A stretch of DNA of 20,000 nucleotides from Enoplolaimus lenunculus (taxonomy: Eukaryota). Shown here piece after piece: positions 1 to 11,465 of this stretch. The first letter of the stretch is position 1. Each line of letters begins with the position of its first letter. Location: positions 609,362 through 629,361 of the forward strand of contig JASANG010000295.1 of assembly GCA_030248215.1 (NCBI GenBank). Reading direction: 5' to 3'. The translations under genes were made by a program, and so were the position numbers. The notes under the pieces were generated by a model. It was given only the letters and a program-made list of their open reading frames with translations. It did no database searches and had not been told where the DNA came from.

Positions 1-1889
1 GAAAATGAAAAAATTTCACGTGCAAACATACGTATTTTTAATATGCGCCCACTACTAAAATAAAAGCAATTAGGGTATGTGTTATCGCAAACTTTAATTT
101 AATCGAGAGTACACCTTAGTGAGAGAGAAAACAGTTGCCTATGTCCTATGGACAACATGTTTCTGCCTTTGAAATTGAAAATTTGGGGAATAAATAATGA
201 ATGAAACGGAATTAAAAACTATTTTTGGTTGACTATCTAATTTAATGTAAGTCAGCGAGTGCATAAGAGTTTAACTTTGCTTCTGAAAAATGCCACAGTA
301 ATTACTATGATATAACACACCTTTGAACTACGATCTAAAATTCACCAATTGCGTTATCACTGGCATTTCACAGTGCATAGAATGCAGCTTGCCCAAATAT
401 GGTCTTTGCCTCATTAAGAGTGGATTAGAAGCCCAGTTAGATTACTACTTAAGACCAAAGGCGATGTGCAGAATTTCCAAACGAAATAACCTATTTTTAT
501 TACTAAAATGCGTTGTTGAGCACATCTTAACGCCAATTTAAGGTTTTAATGTTGTGCAAAGTCCAGCGAAACAGAGAAATCGAAGAAAACTATACATTTT
601 AACATTGTTTCTTGTGTTTCTCATAGCAGTAGTTGTTGTTAATGTTTCGCTAGAACATGGTCCCAGATCGTCCTGATGTAGGAATACATGTTAAGTTATT
701 TTTTGAGTAATGGATCAAATTCTTTTCTGAATTTATTAAGCAATCACACAAGATAATTACGCTAATTGACGTTTATATGCTAATTAATAAATAATTTTGC
801 CTATCACAGTTGATAGCTAAAACACGTGTAAAGTAAACTTTTATTTCGAAATATTTCTGTCAATTTAAACTTATATATTGTAAATTATTAAAATTCAGTT
901 TTATTGCGTCGTCAAAATATTGGCCTAAATCGGTGAAACAAAAACCTTAATATTTCAACATTACGAACTTGGGTGTGTTTATGTTAATCACACCAAAACT
1001 AAAACACGGAATAAATCCTCGTCTCTAAAGTCTTAAAATCAATAACTTTGAGTTTTAGTTCCGCTCGATATCTTCTAGACAGTTTTACTAATTTACCCCC
1101 TGGCGACGTGTCTATCCTATTATGTTTGTTAGTTTTTAGAATTAAAAACAAACCTTCTTAGTCTGTGTGCTTTTTTAATAAATTAGTGGTAGGAATAAAA
1201 AAATAAACTGTAGTTCAAAAGTTGATTATTCGTGTTAAAAATATTACTATTAATATAGACTAATTTGTCTTGGTTGTTATCAGATCATTTTATTAAAAGA
1301 TTCTAAAAAATGCAGTTTTGCGCAGTTTTGTTGTTTATTTGTGTTGTTCGCTCTTGTAATCTAATAGATACAAAATATGCCGAAGGCTCAAAAACATTTT
1401 CACGCGTGAACATAAGCATGAGTATCTGCCATGAAATAAGCTGACGAAAATTTTTTTACGACCATAAACAAGAAACTAGACGTTCTAGATTAGCTAAAAA
1501 GCTGCAAGTCATATGGACCACTGTGTAGGTGCCTCTGCCACTCTTAAACCTTATTTCAAACTAAAAACTAAAACATAAATTAAAAACAAACCAAAAACCA
1601 CACCTTAAGGGAGTCCCTGGCTCCACCTAGACTCTCTTATAGAACTTAAGTTAGGCTTATAGTTTCTATATAGAATTTTCGGGTTTATCGACGTGAAAGT
1701 GCAGATTTGGTAAGTAAGGTTGAATCATAGTTCGGGTAAGGATTGCCACGGTGGCATAATATGTGAAGGAAATCCGGCGTACAGTGTTTCTTAGGATAGC
1801 GCAGGGCGGTTGGGGTACCCAGTATTGGATACTGGTGTCATGTGCTAAAAGGAAACGGGATTATATGGAGAACATGGGGAATCGTAGTT

Positions 1890-2052
1890 TAGCAAATCTA
1901 ACGGGGTTAGGTTTACTATTCGACACGGATTGGGCCAAATCTAACGGGGTTAGATTGGTTAAAAAATTGGTGTATCTCTAACGCGGTTAGAGTGCACGGT
2001 TCAGAAACCTGGGATATAATCGAGTGTAATTCTAATGGGGTTAGAATTGCAC
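1890..2052. repeat. Array of four hairpins with core CTAAY-GSG-GTTAG
   Basis: Palindromes at ~1890-1918, 1933-1960, 1970-1997 and 2024-2052 share the core but have different, self-complementary outer stems. Confidence 0.75.
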
Positions 2053-2151
2053 AGTTTTCTGCGAAATTGTAAAAAGTATTGGTATCGGTAAGCCAGTGGC
2101 CGGACTAAATAGATTGAGGCATAGGCTTTAAGGATTTCGGATCAAGCTGCA

Positions 2152-2226
2152 AGTTGGATTGCATAAACTGTGTCTCAGTTGGATTACATAACCTGTGTCT
2201 CAGTTGGATTGCATAACCTGTGTCTC
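2152..2226. repeat. Tandem repeat, 3 x 25 bp (AGTTGGATTGCATAACCTGTGTCTC)
   Basis: Units start at 2152, 2177 and 2202, each with at most 1 mismatch to the consensus. Confidence 0.95.
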
Positions 2227-2797
2227 ACTTGTATAATTGGTGTAATAAAAGGTTCTGGGGAGAGTTAGTAAACATTACCGGCCACCGTCATTGAATCAGA
2301 GCGATATGCGTACATCGGGAAAGAACAGACTATTAAGACGTGTGATCCCGGTTTAGTGAGTAGCCAAAATCACGAACTTCTCACACACTGGCCTACAACC
2401 ACCTCAATCCGGGCTTGACGCATGCGCAGTGCCACTTGTCTGACCAAAAATTCATCTTTATATATTGCGAATGCTCATCTGCTAAAACCTATCTACCGAA
2501 ACCAGGTGCGTGTCATAAATTTCATTCAATTGATAATTAAGTACATTTACATCATATTTTAAAATAATCCAGCTTAAACTAAAAGCAAAGAATAGTAAAT
2601 TCAACACTTGATGCCCGAAAATATGCGTTGCTAAAACGTTTTTACTCCGCCGCCAACGGTGTAAACGTAAATTTACATATTTGCGTTTGAAAAATATTTA
2701 AAATTAAAAATTTTTTATACGTATTCTAACGGTGCAAAACGTGATAAAAGCTATGTTGCGTTGTCGGCAATCGATAAAGGCTATTATGCAACAAACT

Positions 2798-3187
2798 GCT
2801 GGCCGACTCAAAAATCTACAGAGAATCGCTGGCCGACTCAAAAATCTACAGAGAATCGCTGGCCGACTCAAAAATCTACAGAGAATCGCTGGCCGACTCA
2901 AAAATCTACAGAGAATCGCTGGCCGACTCAAAAATCTACAGAGAATCGCTGGCCGACTCAAAAATCTACAGAGAATCGCTGGCCGACTCAAAAATCTACA
3001 GAGAATCGCTGGCCGACTTAAAAATCTACAGAGAATCGCTGGCCGACTCAAAAATCTACAGAGAATCGCTGGCCGACTCAAAAATCTACAGAGAATCGCT
3101 GGCCGACTCAAAAATCTACAGAGAATCGCTGGCCGACTCAAAAATCTACAGAGAATCGCTGGCCGACTCAAAAATCTACAGAGAATC
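2798..3187. repeat. Minisatellite, 13 x 30 bp (GCTGGCCGACTCAAAAATCTACAGAGAATC)
   Basis: Head-to-tail copies with no spacers and a single C>T variant at 3019 (copy 8). Confidence 0.98.
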
Positions 3188-3379
3188 CTAGAACTATAAA
3201 ACGCGGATATGGCGGCGATCATTTGCCAATTGGTTCACTGTGTCCCATCAAAAATATACTGAGCGATTATTATTTGGTCCATGTTACCCTGAGGAAGTCC
3301 CGTTTACCCGCGGATAGCAATAGGTCCACAGTTCAACAGCACACTCCTGCGTCTATTTTTCACTGTGTAGGTTGGGCCA

Positions 3380-3775
3380 GCTTCGAGCCTACGTTTTCGA
3401 CGGGCGATCCGGATGCTTCGAGCCTCGGCGCCGATTTAAGATTAGAATTAAGCATAAGCTTTATAACAAAAACGTAGACCGAATTTCCGCCTGTCCAGAC
3501 CAATGCAGCAAAAGCACATGCTCGAAACTTGGTTGCCTCGACCGACTCACCGTAAACATAGGTTTGAAGCTGTTCCGACCAACGCATCAAAACATAGACA
3601 CGAAGCCGTTCCGACCGACGCATCGAAAACATAGAATCAAAGCTGTCCCGGCTGTGACAGCCGACCCAGGGAATACATATGCTCCAAGATTTCCCGGCTG
3701 AATCAACCGTCCCAGCAATAACATAGGCCCAAAACAAAACTTTTTCGTCGGACTAAACAAAAACATAGATTCCAG
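3380..3775. repeat. Degenerate motif array (AAAACATAGGCTCGAAGC-like), probably a non-autonomous DNA transposon remnant
   Basis: Inverted copy GCTTCGAGCCTACGTTTT at 3380-3397 (partial at 3415). Forward copies at ~3469, 3554, 3589, 3626, 3720 and 3760. A TAAG-type hexamer tract lies at ~3436-3460. Confidence 0.6.
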
Positions 3776-4864
3776 TTCAGGAGTGTTTACCGTTGCACTC
3801 CGGGCGTGTTCCTATCACGCGAGCAGACAGGATGCCCCTCAGAATAACATTGGCCTATCTGCGTATCGTTGCAGTTTTTGAATGGTAGTTTAGCATGTCC
3901 TGTGATTGAAGCTTTGGTTTTTTTAAATCTCCATTTAAATGTCGCAAAAACAGCTTATTTAAAATTGAGCATTTTTTACGGTTTTCGGACCACAAATCAA
4001 ACCCAGAAGAATGTCCAGAAATCTACAAAGGGATTCGTGCCATATATAATTGGTAGAAAGCTTGCAACCGAGGCGAGCAAGCAGCCTTACGCAATATTTT
4101 TATACAAAATTTTTGTTTTAGTCGCTCTTTATGCGGGCAATGCCTGGGTGATCTAATTTCGATCCGTCAGCGCAGTGGTCGAATCATTTTAACTCAGTGG
4201 AATTTTGTTAATTTTTTTAACCGATTCTGAAGTTTCTAGCCAGTTCTATAAAATCGCTACAACTTTCAATAGCGCCAAACATGGACAATGAGAAAAATTT
4301 GTCTGGCAAACAAGGCAAAATTTAAATTTGCCGTAAGTACTGCAAAAGCGTCTTGTCGATAAAGGTTTGCATAAAGCTTGTGAAATCGGATACCGACAAG
4401 ACAGTTGCAGTAAGCTCGCAAATTTGGTCTGGTTTACTGTTTAGTCTCACTCTGATGTCTAAAGTGGATATACAATTTCCTCGACTGCTAAAAACTTTTA
4501 GGTATATCTTAAACTTAATTAAATTTATGCTGTTGTGACATGGAATTATGGGAAGTTTTGCAGTTTCCCCAACAGTGATAAAGTCCCTTACATTATCATA
4601 AACTGACTATCCTTTGTATATTCAAAACGGGAATTCAGGGTAGGATGCGCCATTGCACCCCTCGAAGTTTCACGAGATACTAAGCAGGACAGGGAGCAAC
4701 GCCTTGAACCCTGCGCAATTTCAAGATATACTATGACAAGGACGGGGGCTTTCTGTCTCCAAGCTCACAGGCTCAGTAGTATTTTCTGCACGCCAAAACT
4801 GTCCAAAAATACGTTATAAGCGATAAAGTAGCGTTGAAAATGAATTTTTCTGTAGCAAGTATTT

Positions 4865-4944
4865 TTCGGTTCTGGCTCCGGTTCCCGTATTTTTTTAACT
4901 TTCCGGTTCCTGTTCCGGCATTTTATAATTCCGGTTGCACCCTG
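4865..4944. mobile_element. Terminus of a hAT-like MITE (TTCCGG subrepeats ending CACCCTG)
   Basis: Repeated TTCCGG motifs end in GGTTGCACCCTG. A similar segment occurs at 10670-10727. Confidence 0.5.
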
Positions 4945-5926
4945 ATTGCGAACAGTCTTCCTTCCTGGTGTTCTAGCCAAATAGGTGGAAAATATAATTT
5001 CACTAGCTTATTATTGAAGTTCGCGCACGACCACAGTACGCTTCCTGAGATACTCAAGGAATGTCTGTTCGTTGCATACAACTATTGGTATCCGAATGTT
5101 TTTTGACTTTTACAACTCTAATCAGCTAATTATTCTCATCCTGAATAAAGTTTTTTGTTTACTCTGCTAGCAATTCCTCGTTGTGCGACAGTTTGCATGC
5201 ATGGTGATAGCATTCCAAGTATATACTATAAAACAAGTGCAAAAATCATCAAATGAAACCTTTAATACGCTTCAGAAACATTATCTTTGTACAATAGGGA
5301 ATGCACACAGGAAGGGATAGAGAGGAATACTGAAATTTCTAGGAAAACAATAAGGGATAGCTTAAATTTACATATTTTTATAGCGCAATATGCTATATAT
5401 TTTAAGAGATCGAAAACTATTCCTTTACGCTATTACATATCCTCCCATAATGAAATCTTGGCTACGCCCTTGAAATACAAATGTATATATTGAGATTGGT
5501 ACGTTTATAGTCCATCAACCAACACAATTTTCTCGATATATGGGACGATCCCGTTCAAGCGTGACGATATATGCCAAAGTATAGCCATAACCGTATTAAA
5601 TATTTATTCAGCACAACCTGTGACGTGAATTGCAGCAAAATTGCTCTACATTGCGAGTTAATAAACTGGCTGTTGTGATGAATCCAACACTAAAGAATTA
5701 CACTTAAATGATTTAATTACCCAGATTTCACCTTTGGATCCAGAATTTTTATGTAGGGGTTGATTTTTCGGTACGACGTACTGACTGCTCGTTGAAACGT
5801 ACGATGTTGCGATTTGACCGAAATGTAACCTCATCAAATTTGTGCGCTGTTTAAAAAATTATATATATATATTTTTTTTTAATAATCCTTCGTCGCGCAC
5901 TGTTGCAAAAAAGTTGGTGACACACA

Positions 5927-6092
5927 CAGGCGTGTAGCTAGCTCACCTTTTTCTAAAAGGGGCTAAAAAATTTTCCTGAAGGGCATGCAATGTTTCTTGA
6001 TCAGTTTAAGCAAGGTTTAAAATCTTCTAGGGGGCCGAAACTATTTCCAGGAGGGCTGAGATTCTCCCTGCCCCTTTCTGGCTGCGGCACTG
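5927..6092 (+). mobile_element. hAT-like MITE (CAGG..GTAGC / GCTGCGGCACTG termini)
   Basis: The 5' end CAGGCGTGTAGCTAGCTCACCTTTTT matches the reverse complement of 18400-18425. CAG..CTG termini; TSD not recognisable. Confidence 0.55.
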
Positions 6093-6304
6093 AGTGACTG
6101 CTGACCACGGCACATATTTTCAGAAATTTTGATGTATTTTTGGAACTAGCCACTTTCGTTTTCTATTCATAAACTTTGGTTAGTTTTCAACAAAAATCAA
6201 TGTATAATGAAGTGCATTATGGTGTTCCACACATATGAAGAAACATCAGTAATGCATATATGTAATTTCCGCGAAGCGTGAACAAAAGTTTTAAGAATAG
6301 TTAT

Positions 6305-7342
6305 ACTAGAATGAAAAGTGCCCCGATGTGGCCATAGAAAACGATATGTTTCGGTAGTAAGATTTTTAGTTGAATACCGCTAGTATTACAATTTCCATGC
6401 ATGCGTATAAAGTTTAAAAACTAGATTAATTTGATGCCAATCAGCGTCCTCCCGAAACACGACACAACAATACTATAGAATTAATAATAGTTAAATCATT
6501 GAGTTTGATTGACTGCGTAACATTAGTTTCTTGCACTTAGTACACTGAAGTTTCGAATATATGCAGAAAAATTTTGGGTTTTAAAAAGAGTATATAAGTA
6601 GAAATTAAGCGTAAAATGCTGGTGACCCAAAATTAAAAACGTGTTTGTTCGTCAATTGGCTCAGTGAAAGAACAGGAGCGGATCAGTATTATAAGCATAT
6701 TCCTAATCCTAAGCCTAAGCATAAGCGTTAGCATGAGCATATTCCTAAGCCTAAACCTAAGCGTAAGAATGAGCATAATCCTAATCCTAAGCCAAGCAAA
6801 AAATTAATCTAAACCTTAATCTTATTCCATTCTAGTCCCGCAGAAAAACGTTCCGCCCCTGATCTTTACATTGGCCGTCATTGGAATACAACGCAGATTT
6901 CGTCAGCAAAGTTGCCAATATTGTTTCGCTACGTACTCACTCAAATATTTTAATGTTTTAAAAGTTTAAAATCTGGGTACCGTTTAGCCAAGTATGGAGA
7001 GGCCACTGTACGGTACAAAATTTATACAGCTCCAAAACTTGATGCGTTATCGTTTTCTATAGCCTCGTCGGGACACTTTACTATCTATTGTGACTTTTCT
7101 CCGAAAAAGTTGCGGATATGTTTCCGTTACGCAGTCAATCAAACTCAATGATTTAACTTTTATTAATTCTATAGTATTGTTGCGTCGTGTTTCGGGAGGA
7201 CGCTGATTGGCATCAAATTAATCTAGTTTTTAAACTTTATACGCATGCATGGAAATTGTAATACTAGCGGTATTCAACTAAAAATCTTACTACCGAAACA
7301 TATCGTTTTCTATGGCCACATCGGGGCACTTTTCATTCTAGT
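6305..7342. repeat. Long inverted repeat: 217-bp arms (6305-6521 and 7126-7342) with a ~604-bp spacer
   Basis: The arms are reverse complements with 2 mismatches by eye. An additional diverged ~35-bp copy of the terminal motif sits at ~7046-7080. Confidence 0.95.
6658..6876 (+). mobile_element. MITE with ~25-bp imperfect TIRs and internal (CCTAAG)n-like hexamers, copy A
   Basis: GGCTCAGTGAAAGAACAGGAGCGGA ... TCCGCCCCTGATCTTTACATTGGCC. Homologous copies at 10095, 16060 and 16822. Confidence 0.75.
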
Positions 7343-8504
7343 TTCTAAGCTTTAGGAAGAAATTTGATGTAAATTTACCTTAAGTGCGAAAAAGTCAAAT
7401 TTAAAGTCATCTATAATCACGTTATAATTGTTTTAGAACTGTTAAGCTATGAAAATTAAAAACTACATTTTCACAATCACAAAAGTCGCGCTTTCCTAAT
7501 TTCATTTTTATTTATTAGGTAACTCGCTCAATTTATAATGCTAATATATTTTAATTCATATAAATTGTTTGAATTCAAATAGAAAATCAATACAATTGAT
7601 AAGTACTTGCTCTAGTGAAAACTGATTTTATGGTGCATAGTAGTGTAGAACCAATACATCGGTATCGGTATTGTAATCGGTATTTTGGAAGAATACTGAT
7701 TCCGATACTTTCAATTTTGTATTGCACACATGAATTGCGTTAAATATATAATTGGAATGCGTAGCATTTAAAAATATGGCTGCAACAAATATATTGTGAA
7801 AGATGCTGAATACGCATTTGCATCAACATGCGGACGTGGAAAATTGCTTGAAACACACTTTTGTTCATTTCCTCTTAATTGTACAAGAAATTCTAATAAT
7901 GCAATTCCATCCCCAGTCAAAACTGCGAATCCGCAACTATAAGGTTTGCTTTGTAACTTATTCTTGTTTTCTTTTCGAAAACGAAAAACTAAGGCGGCCG
8001 GGCGTGGGCCTGAAAAATCTGGGCCGGTTCATACTATAATGAGAGCCCGCTGTGTTCGAGCGTCACGTTTTTGAAAGAGACTGCTTGCTTTGGGAACCTT
8101 ATTAAATTAATGGTGTTAATTTTGCACGTCAAAATTTCTTCAAATATTCTAAACCGAGTTTTGGACATTTCAGTGCTCAACTTGGTGCTACCAATAATAC
8201 ATCGAGCAGTAAATCAAAACTGATATCTGTACTTTACGCGTAAACTTTGAGATTAAATGTAAATCCAGGTTTAGAAAAAAACCCACGAGAATGTAAAATC
8301 TAGGCACCTACTACGAATTAAATAAAAAGTGTCTCTCATACCACTGGCGGATGCAGTGGGTGCCACTCCGGCCTGAACCACCACAACTTGAATCAAGAGA
8401 AAGGTTTTGCATTAAGATTCAGCATTAAATTAGCGTTCGACTTCGCTCTCAAACAGTTTTCGACAGCTTGATGTTACGTCTACGTTTTCAAAAACGCGCC
8501 TTGG

Positions 8505-9013
8505 TAAAAATACACATAAAATTTCAATTTTTAGTTCCCCCAGTACGACTTGAACCCGCGACCCAAAAGCTGAAAAAACGCCGTTGTATGTGAACACCAT
8601 ACCACTCAGCCACAGGTGCACTTGACCGGTGTTTTTGTTTACATTGTATATACTACATGTATAATGGGCTGAAACTTTGAAAGCGCATATTTTTTAACCA
8701 GCGGACCTGCAAGAATATAAATAACAGATTTGAAATCAGCTGCCTCAAATACGTCGGAAAATCACATAAAAATACACATAAAATTTCAATTTTTAGTTCC
8801 CCCAGTAGGACTTGAACTCGCGACCCAAAAGCTGAAAAAACGCCGTGGTATGTGAACATCATACCACTCAGCCACAGGTGCACTTGACCGGTGTTTTTGT
8901 TTACAAAATGGGCTGAAACTTTGAAAGCGCATATTTTTTAACCAGCGGGCCTACAAGAATATAAATAACAGATTTGAAATCAGCTGCCTCAAATACGTCG
9001 GAAAATCACATAA
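8505..9013 (-). repeat. Tandem duplication (~262-bp unit) containing a tRNA-derived, SINE-like head
   Basis: Copies start at 8505 and 8767; the second has a net 18-bp deletion. The minus strand has A box TGGCTGAGTGG and B box GGTTCAAGTC at 8535-8619 (AGTTCAAGTC in the 8797-8881 copy). The cloverleaf does not pair. Confidence 0.85.
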
Positions 9014-10094
9014 TCCTACAGTTTCTAGGGGGGTCGATCTACCGTACCTTCACCAAAACTAGCTATGTTATTACTAATTTGTAATCATATAAGCCAATGT
9101 TTTTCGTAATTGTCCACTCAACATGTTTCGCATATATACGTACTAAACAATAGTATTTTCGTTAAATAAATAGCTTAACGTATATGGTTGAGGTAACTTA
9201 TGTAGCACATAAGAAATTGCATTGTTACAATATACGACTGTGTAGAACACCTTGCGACAAGATTTCAATCCAAATACCAATGCGAAATTTTGCGGTTCCG
9301 ATCTGATGAAAACGTTTACGTTTAATACTTCGACAAATTTTCTTTTAATATAGCGAATGAACACCGGTTACCATGATCTTGAATGACATACGTTTGTATA
9401 TATAATAGTAGAAATAATAGACTTTTGATAGAAACATAAGAGAGACGTGAACACTTTTGGAAGAAACATATAATAGTGACACTACCGTGTCCCTATGATT
9501 TGAATGTTAACATTACCGGCCCATCTAAACGATCAGATGTGAAAAGTTTTTCTGTGGAATTGCAATAGAGTAAAAAACTTGCTTTAGAGTTTATAGTAGA
9601 CATTCGATTTCGCACATAAAAACAATCGCAAGGTTTTAAATATATGCACCTTTTTACCGACGGATTCAGGATTTTCTGCCGTTTTGGACGCAAACGATCG
9701 AGGCGCCAAGCGTAAATTTAATGATACTTTTATACAATATTTTGGTTTTGTGTTTAGTCTATTTGGTAAGCGATTCGGTGCATGGGTTCAATATTACGAT
9801 CGCCGCTTAGACGAAGCCAAATATTTGTTATGTTGAAGGAGTTTGCAGCTCGTGAAATGACAGAAAAAGGTTAATGAACATGTAAACACAAAGGGAGTAT
9901 TAAAGATATGATAGGCGTAAAATATAACCTTTTGCGGACTAGAAATCTGTAGCCTGTTGGGGGCATAGGCGACTAAATCCGATAGCCTGTCGGGGGTAAA
10001 AATTTATTACGGAGTAAAACTATATATAATGGAGTTTAACAGGGAGTAAAATATGATGCAATAATTATATGACCACGGCCGGAATCGAATAGCA

Positions 10095-10303
10095 GCCAAT
10101 GTATTGAACAGGACAGGAACAGTAGTATAAGCATATTCCTAAGCCTATTAGCCCAAGCCTAAGCCTAAGCGTAAGAATGAGACAATACTTAATCCTAAGC
10201 TTAAGCCTAATCCTAAGACTAAGCAAAAAAATTAGTCTAAAGCTTAAGCTAACTCTATTACAGTCCCGCCGGAACACGTTCCGGCCCTGTTCTAGACATG
10301 GAC
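10095..10303 (+). mobile_element. (CCTAAG)n MITE, copy B
   Basis: GCCAATGTATTGAACAGGACAGGAAC ... GTTCCGGCCCTGTTCTAGACATGGAC termini. Body aligns with 6658-6876. Confidence 0.75.
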
Positions 10304-10669
10304 CCGAACTGGACGGACGATGTAAATATCAGTCGTACCTTTTATTGGATTTCTTATATATGCATTGCACACACTAATGTTTGTTTTACACAATAAATTT
10401 CCGTGCTAGGTTTAAATTTGTCGAGATACTTGCTGAAGTTTTGCAAGTTTCAACTTAAATATTTTGAACCAAACTGCAAAAGTTAAAACATGCTATATAC
10501 ATCCTTAACTTGCTTCAAAAAAGGGATGAAGAACAATAACTACAAGGGGATGGCTTAAAAATACATAACAACTCGTAGCTGACAAGCAAAAGAACATTTA
10601 TGTGAGGCAACATAAAATTTGCTAAAAGAAAACAAATTAAACATCAGTTTAACTGCCTAATTTCGCTTT

Positions 10670-10727
10670 ACCTCCGACTTCACTTCCGGCTCCGGCTCCG
10701 GTATTTTTCACTTCCAGTTACACCCTG
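10670..10727. mobile_element. Terminus of a hAT-like MITE (same family as 4865-4944)
   Basis: TTCCGGCTCCGGCTCCGGTATTTT...TTCCAGTTACACCCTG resembles 4865-4944. Confidence 0.5.
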
Positions 10728-11465
10728 CTTACCCTACAAGTTTGCCCAACACGTTAAACTCCAAGCAAAAGTCTTGCAATACGTCACTATCAACCAACCG
10801 TGCATGAAACAATAAAAGAAAAGTTTCATTAACGTAAACATTTGCAAAAACCGTAAATCAATGTGAAACTATTGTCCAAAAGTCTTTTGAATTCCAATAT
10901 TTTCCATTCTAAGTTTTCAAAGTTTGATAGAAGGCATATGGCACCAAGCTGTGCTTTATTCATGAACGCAAGCACAGAATTTCACAGCTTCCAGTGTACA
11001 ACGCGAGGAACATAGTTTCCAAATGCTTTACCTTTTGCCCGTTTCAGTTTTCGAACAATGAACGGAAATAGGCACGAGCGACAACTTTTGCAATTGACAG
11101 CGAAGCATGACCATCATGGCAACGTGGTACAAGTTAATATCATTCTTCAAATACATATGAAGACTTTTCAGTATGAAACCTATGACGACATGTATACTGA
11201 AACCGAAGTTGATTTAAAATGCTAAAAATTACAGTGAAAACCATACACGAAAAGTGAAGTTTTGAAAGTGTTTGATATGACTCCTACAATTAAAGGTAAA
11301 AATTTTCATATTTGTTGTTGTTTCCTTGCTTTCGAACAAAAACCTAGGACATTTTTTTGAATATTTGAAGACGGACACAATTTATTAAAATGGTTTTTTT
11401 CAACTAATTTAGCGCTCGGAGCTGATGAAACTTCAAAAACCTGGCAAGGTTAAAAATTCACTTAA

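Larger units (their letters stand above)
1522..2397 (+). mobile_element. Candidate solo LTR (876 bp)
   Basis: Starts TGTGTAGG and ends CCTACA (TG..CA with a short terminal inverted repeat). Flanked by the 5-bp direct repeat ACCAC (1517-1521 and 2398-2402). AATAAA at ~2245 lies in the 3' third. No coding capacity recognised. Strand is inferred from AATAAA only. Confidence 0.55.

Noticed and set aside
2704..3222. ORFs 2704-3222 (-), 2732-3199 (+) and 2761-3021 (+) as repeat proteins, or the array as CRISPR
   Set aside because: The frames are open only because a stop-free 30-bp unit is repeated. There are no unique spacers, no cas genes, and the context is eukaryotic.
3380..3775. CRISPR-like repeat-spacer array
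   Set aside because: The repeats are highly degenerate, the spacing is irregular, some spacers are related, and one copy is inverted.
4322..5149. Possible terminal exons (minus strand ~4322-4490 ending ...LLQYLRQI*, plus strand ~4955-5106 ending ...YWYPNVF* with AATAAA at ~5144)
   Set aside because: No recognisable protein family and no consistent partner exons. These cannot be supported without homology or RNA data.
8430..8883. Duplicated ORFs 'MHLWLSGM..' as paralogous genes
   Set aside because: They have non-ATG starts and are translations of the duplicated tRNA-derived repeat.
10065..10377. Leu/Arg/Ser-rich ORFs
   Set aside because: They are translations of the CCTAAG hexamer core of a MITE.
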